A stretch of DNA of 64,000 bases from Octopus sinensis (taxonomy: Eukaryota), in assembly GCF_006345805.1 (NCBI RefSeq), contig NC_043010.1, positions 67,704,001 to 67,768,000 of the forward strand, written 5' to 3'. A program made the position numbers and the translations under genes. The notes under the pieces are model-generated. The model saw only the letters and a list, made by a program, of their open reading frames with translations. It did no database searches and was not told the origin of the DNA. Each line of letters begins with the position of its first letter. Positions within the stretch are counted from its first letter, which is position 1. Below, piece by piece: positions 62,836 through 64,000 of this stretch.

Positions 62836-63053
62836 GTCACGAACTGTTCACAGCCGCGTCCAGCGAGGTCCGGTCATCTGATCTGAGTTCAGACCCAAAG
62901 CACCGAATCGCCTGCTTCAACTTACTTGTTTACATCCCCATGGTGTGTGCCACATTCCAGATGCTCATTTGGCTCCTGAAGTTCCGTCTTCACGGACATC
63001 GACTGCACTGGATCAAAGCTGTTCGCTCTGGATCCTCATCTTTAGCTGTATAA
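62836..63053 (+). CDS. MFSD13A: MFSD13A last coding exon
   Basis: Acceptor ttttgcag|; encodes GHELF..CFNLLVYIPMVCATFQMLIWLLKFRLHGHRLHWIKAVRSGSSSLAV then TAA. Joined CDS is 1680 nt = 559 aa plus stop. Confidence 0.94.
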
Positions 63054-63275
63054 GAACACTGGCTAAATTCATCTGTGTAAATGTATAGGGGCGGGGTGGG
63101 TGGGTGGGAATTATCATTCACATATACTCAGAGGTTGTATTTGGAGAAGGACAAATAATATTTTTTTTTTGTGTGTGTATAACTATGTATATACATATGT
63201 GAGATAGAGAGAAAGAGTGAGAGAAAGAAGGGATGAATGCAAGGATATCAAAATATTGTATAAGGCAGCTACTAA

Positions 63276-63281
63276 AATAAA
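63276..63281 (+). terminator. Candidate MFSD13A polyadenylation signal
   Basis: AATAAA about 220 nt after the stop, with T-rich sequence downstream. The motif alone is weak evidence in AT-rich DNA. Confidence 0.3.
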
Positions 63282-64000
63282 ACTGCTTTGTATAGACATC
63301 AATTTTACGATAGTCTATTGTCTATTTATTTTTGTAATGGTGCTAGAGGGCTGCCTTCACATATCTTTCTCTCTTTTCCAAATGGTGCAGCCCTTGTGTC
63401 ATATTTTCCAGCAAACTACTAAATTTCTAAATTTCTCATAGGATTTATGGTCTTTCAAAGTCATTCCCTGAGACTCGGTCATCATGTAGGTGCAGGCGTG
63501 GCAGAATTGTTAGCACGCAGGGCGAAATGTTTAGCAGTATTTCGTCTGCCGTTATGTTCTGAGTTCAAATTCCGTCGAGGTTGACTTTGCCTTTCATCCT
63601 TTCGGGGTCGATAAATTAAGTACCAGTCACGCACTGGGGTTGATGTAATCGACTTAATCCATTTGCCTGTCCTTGTTTGTCCCCTCTGTGTGTAGCCCCT
63701 TGGGGGCAATAAAGAAATAAGAAACATTAGCATGCCGGGCGAAATGCTTAGCGGTATTTCATCTGCTGTTACGTTCTGAGTTCAAATTCCGCCGTCGACT
63801 ATGCCTGTCATCCTTTCAGGGTCGATAAATCAGGTATCAGTTACACACCGGGGTCGATGTAATTGACCTAATCCCGTTGTTTGTCCCCTCTATGCTTAGC
63901 CCCTTGTGTGTAGTAAAGAAATAAGAAGCTTGCTTTTCAACCACATGGTTCTGGCTTCAGTCTCACTGCATGGCACCTTGGGCAAGTGTTTTTTTTCTAT

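Overview
AT-rich, repeat-dense eukaryotic DNA, most likely Octopus (inferred from the SINE families and microsatellite load). Two spliced + strand genes are supported, with every intron phase checked by hand. A Yippee-like gene (YPEL1-4 type, 115 aa) has coding exons 3380-3484, 7717-7760, 11758-11866 and 15572-15661. MFSD13A/TMEM180 (about 559 aa) has coding exons 45723-46597, 54930-55056, 56153-56246, 59353-59524, 60947-61140 and 62836-63053. The rest is tRNA-derived SINEs, MITEs, Helitron-like elements, LINE (RTE, R4) fragments and satellites; nearly all other ORFs in the track are repeat artefacts. Best second-look items: (1) a foldback element whose arms carry type I hammerhead-ribozyme motifs, plus two further hammerhead-like motifs; (2) a 7-unit array of TTAA-flanked piggyBac-like MITEs joined by a fixed 23-bp spacer that recurs 45 kb away; (3) a 5S rRNA-SINE chimera bounded by one 12-bp target-site duplication (TSD); (4) a SINE with a variable-number 66-bp structured unit; (5) uORFs, an alternative acceptor and intronic dsRNA-forming repeats in both genes. 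Repeat boundaries are approximate and family names are not database-verified.
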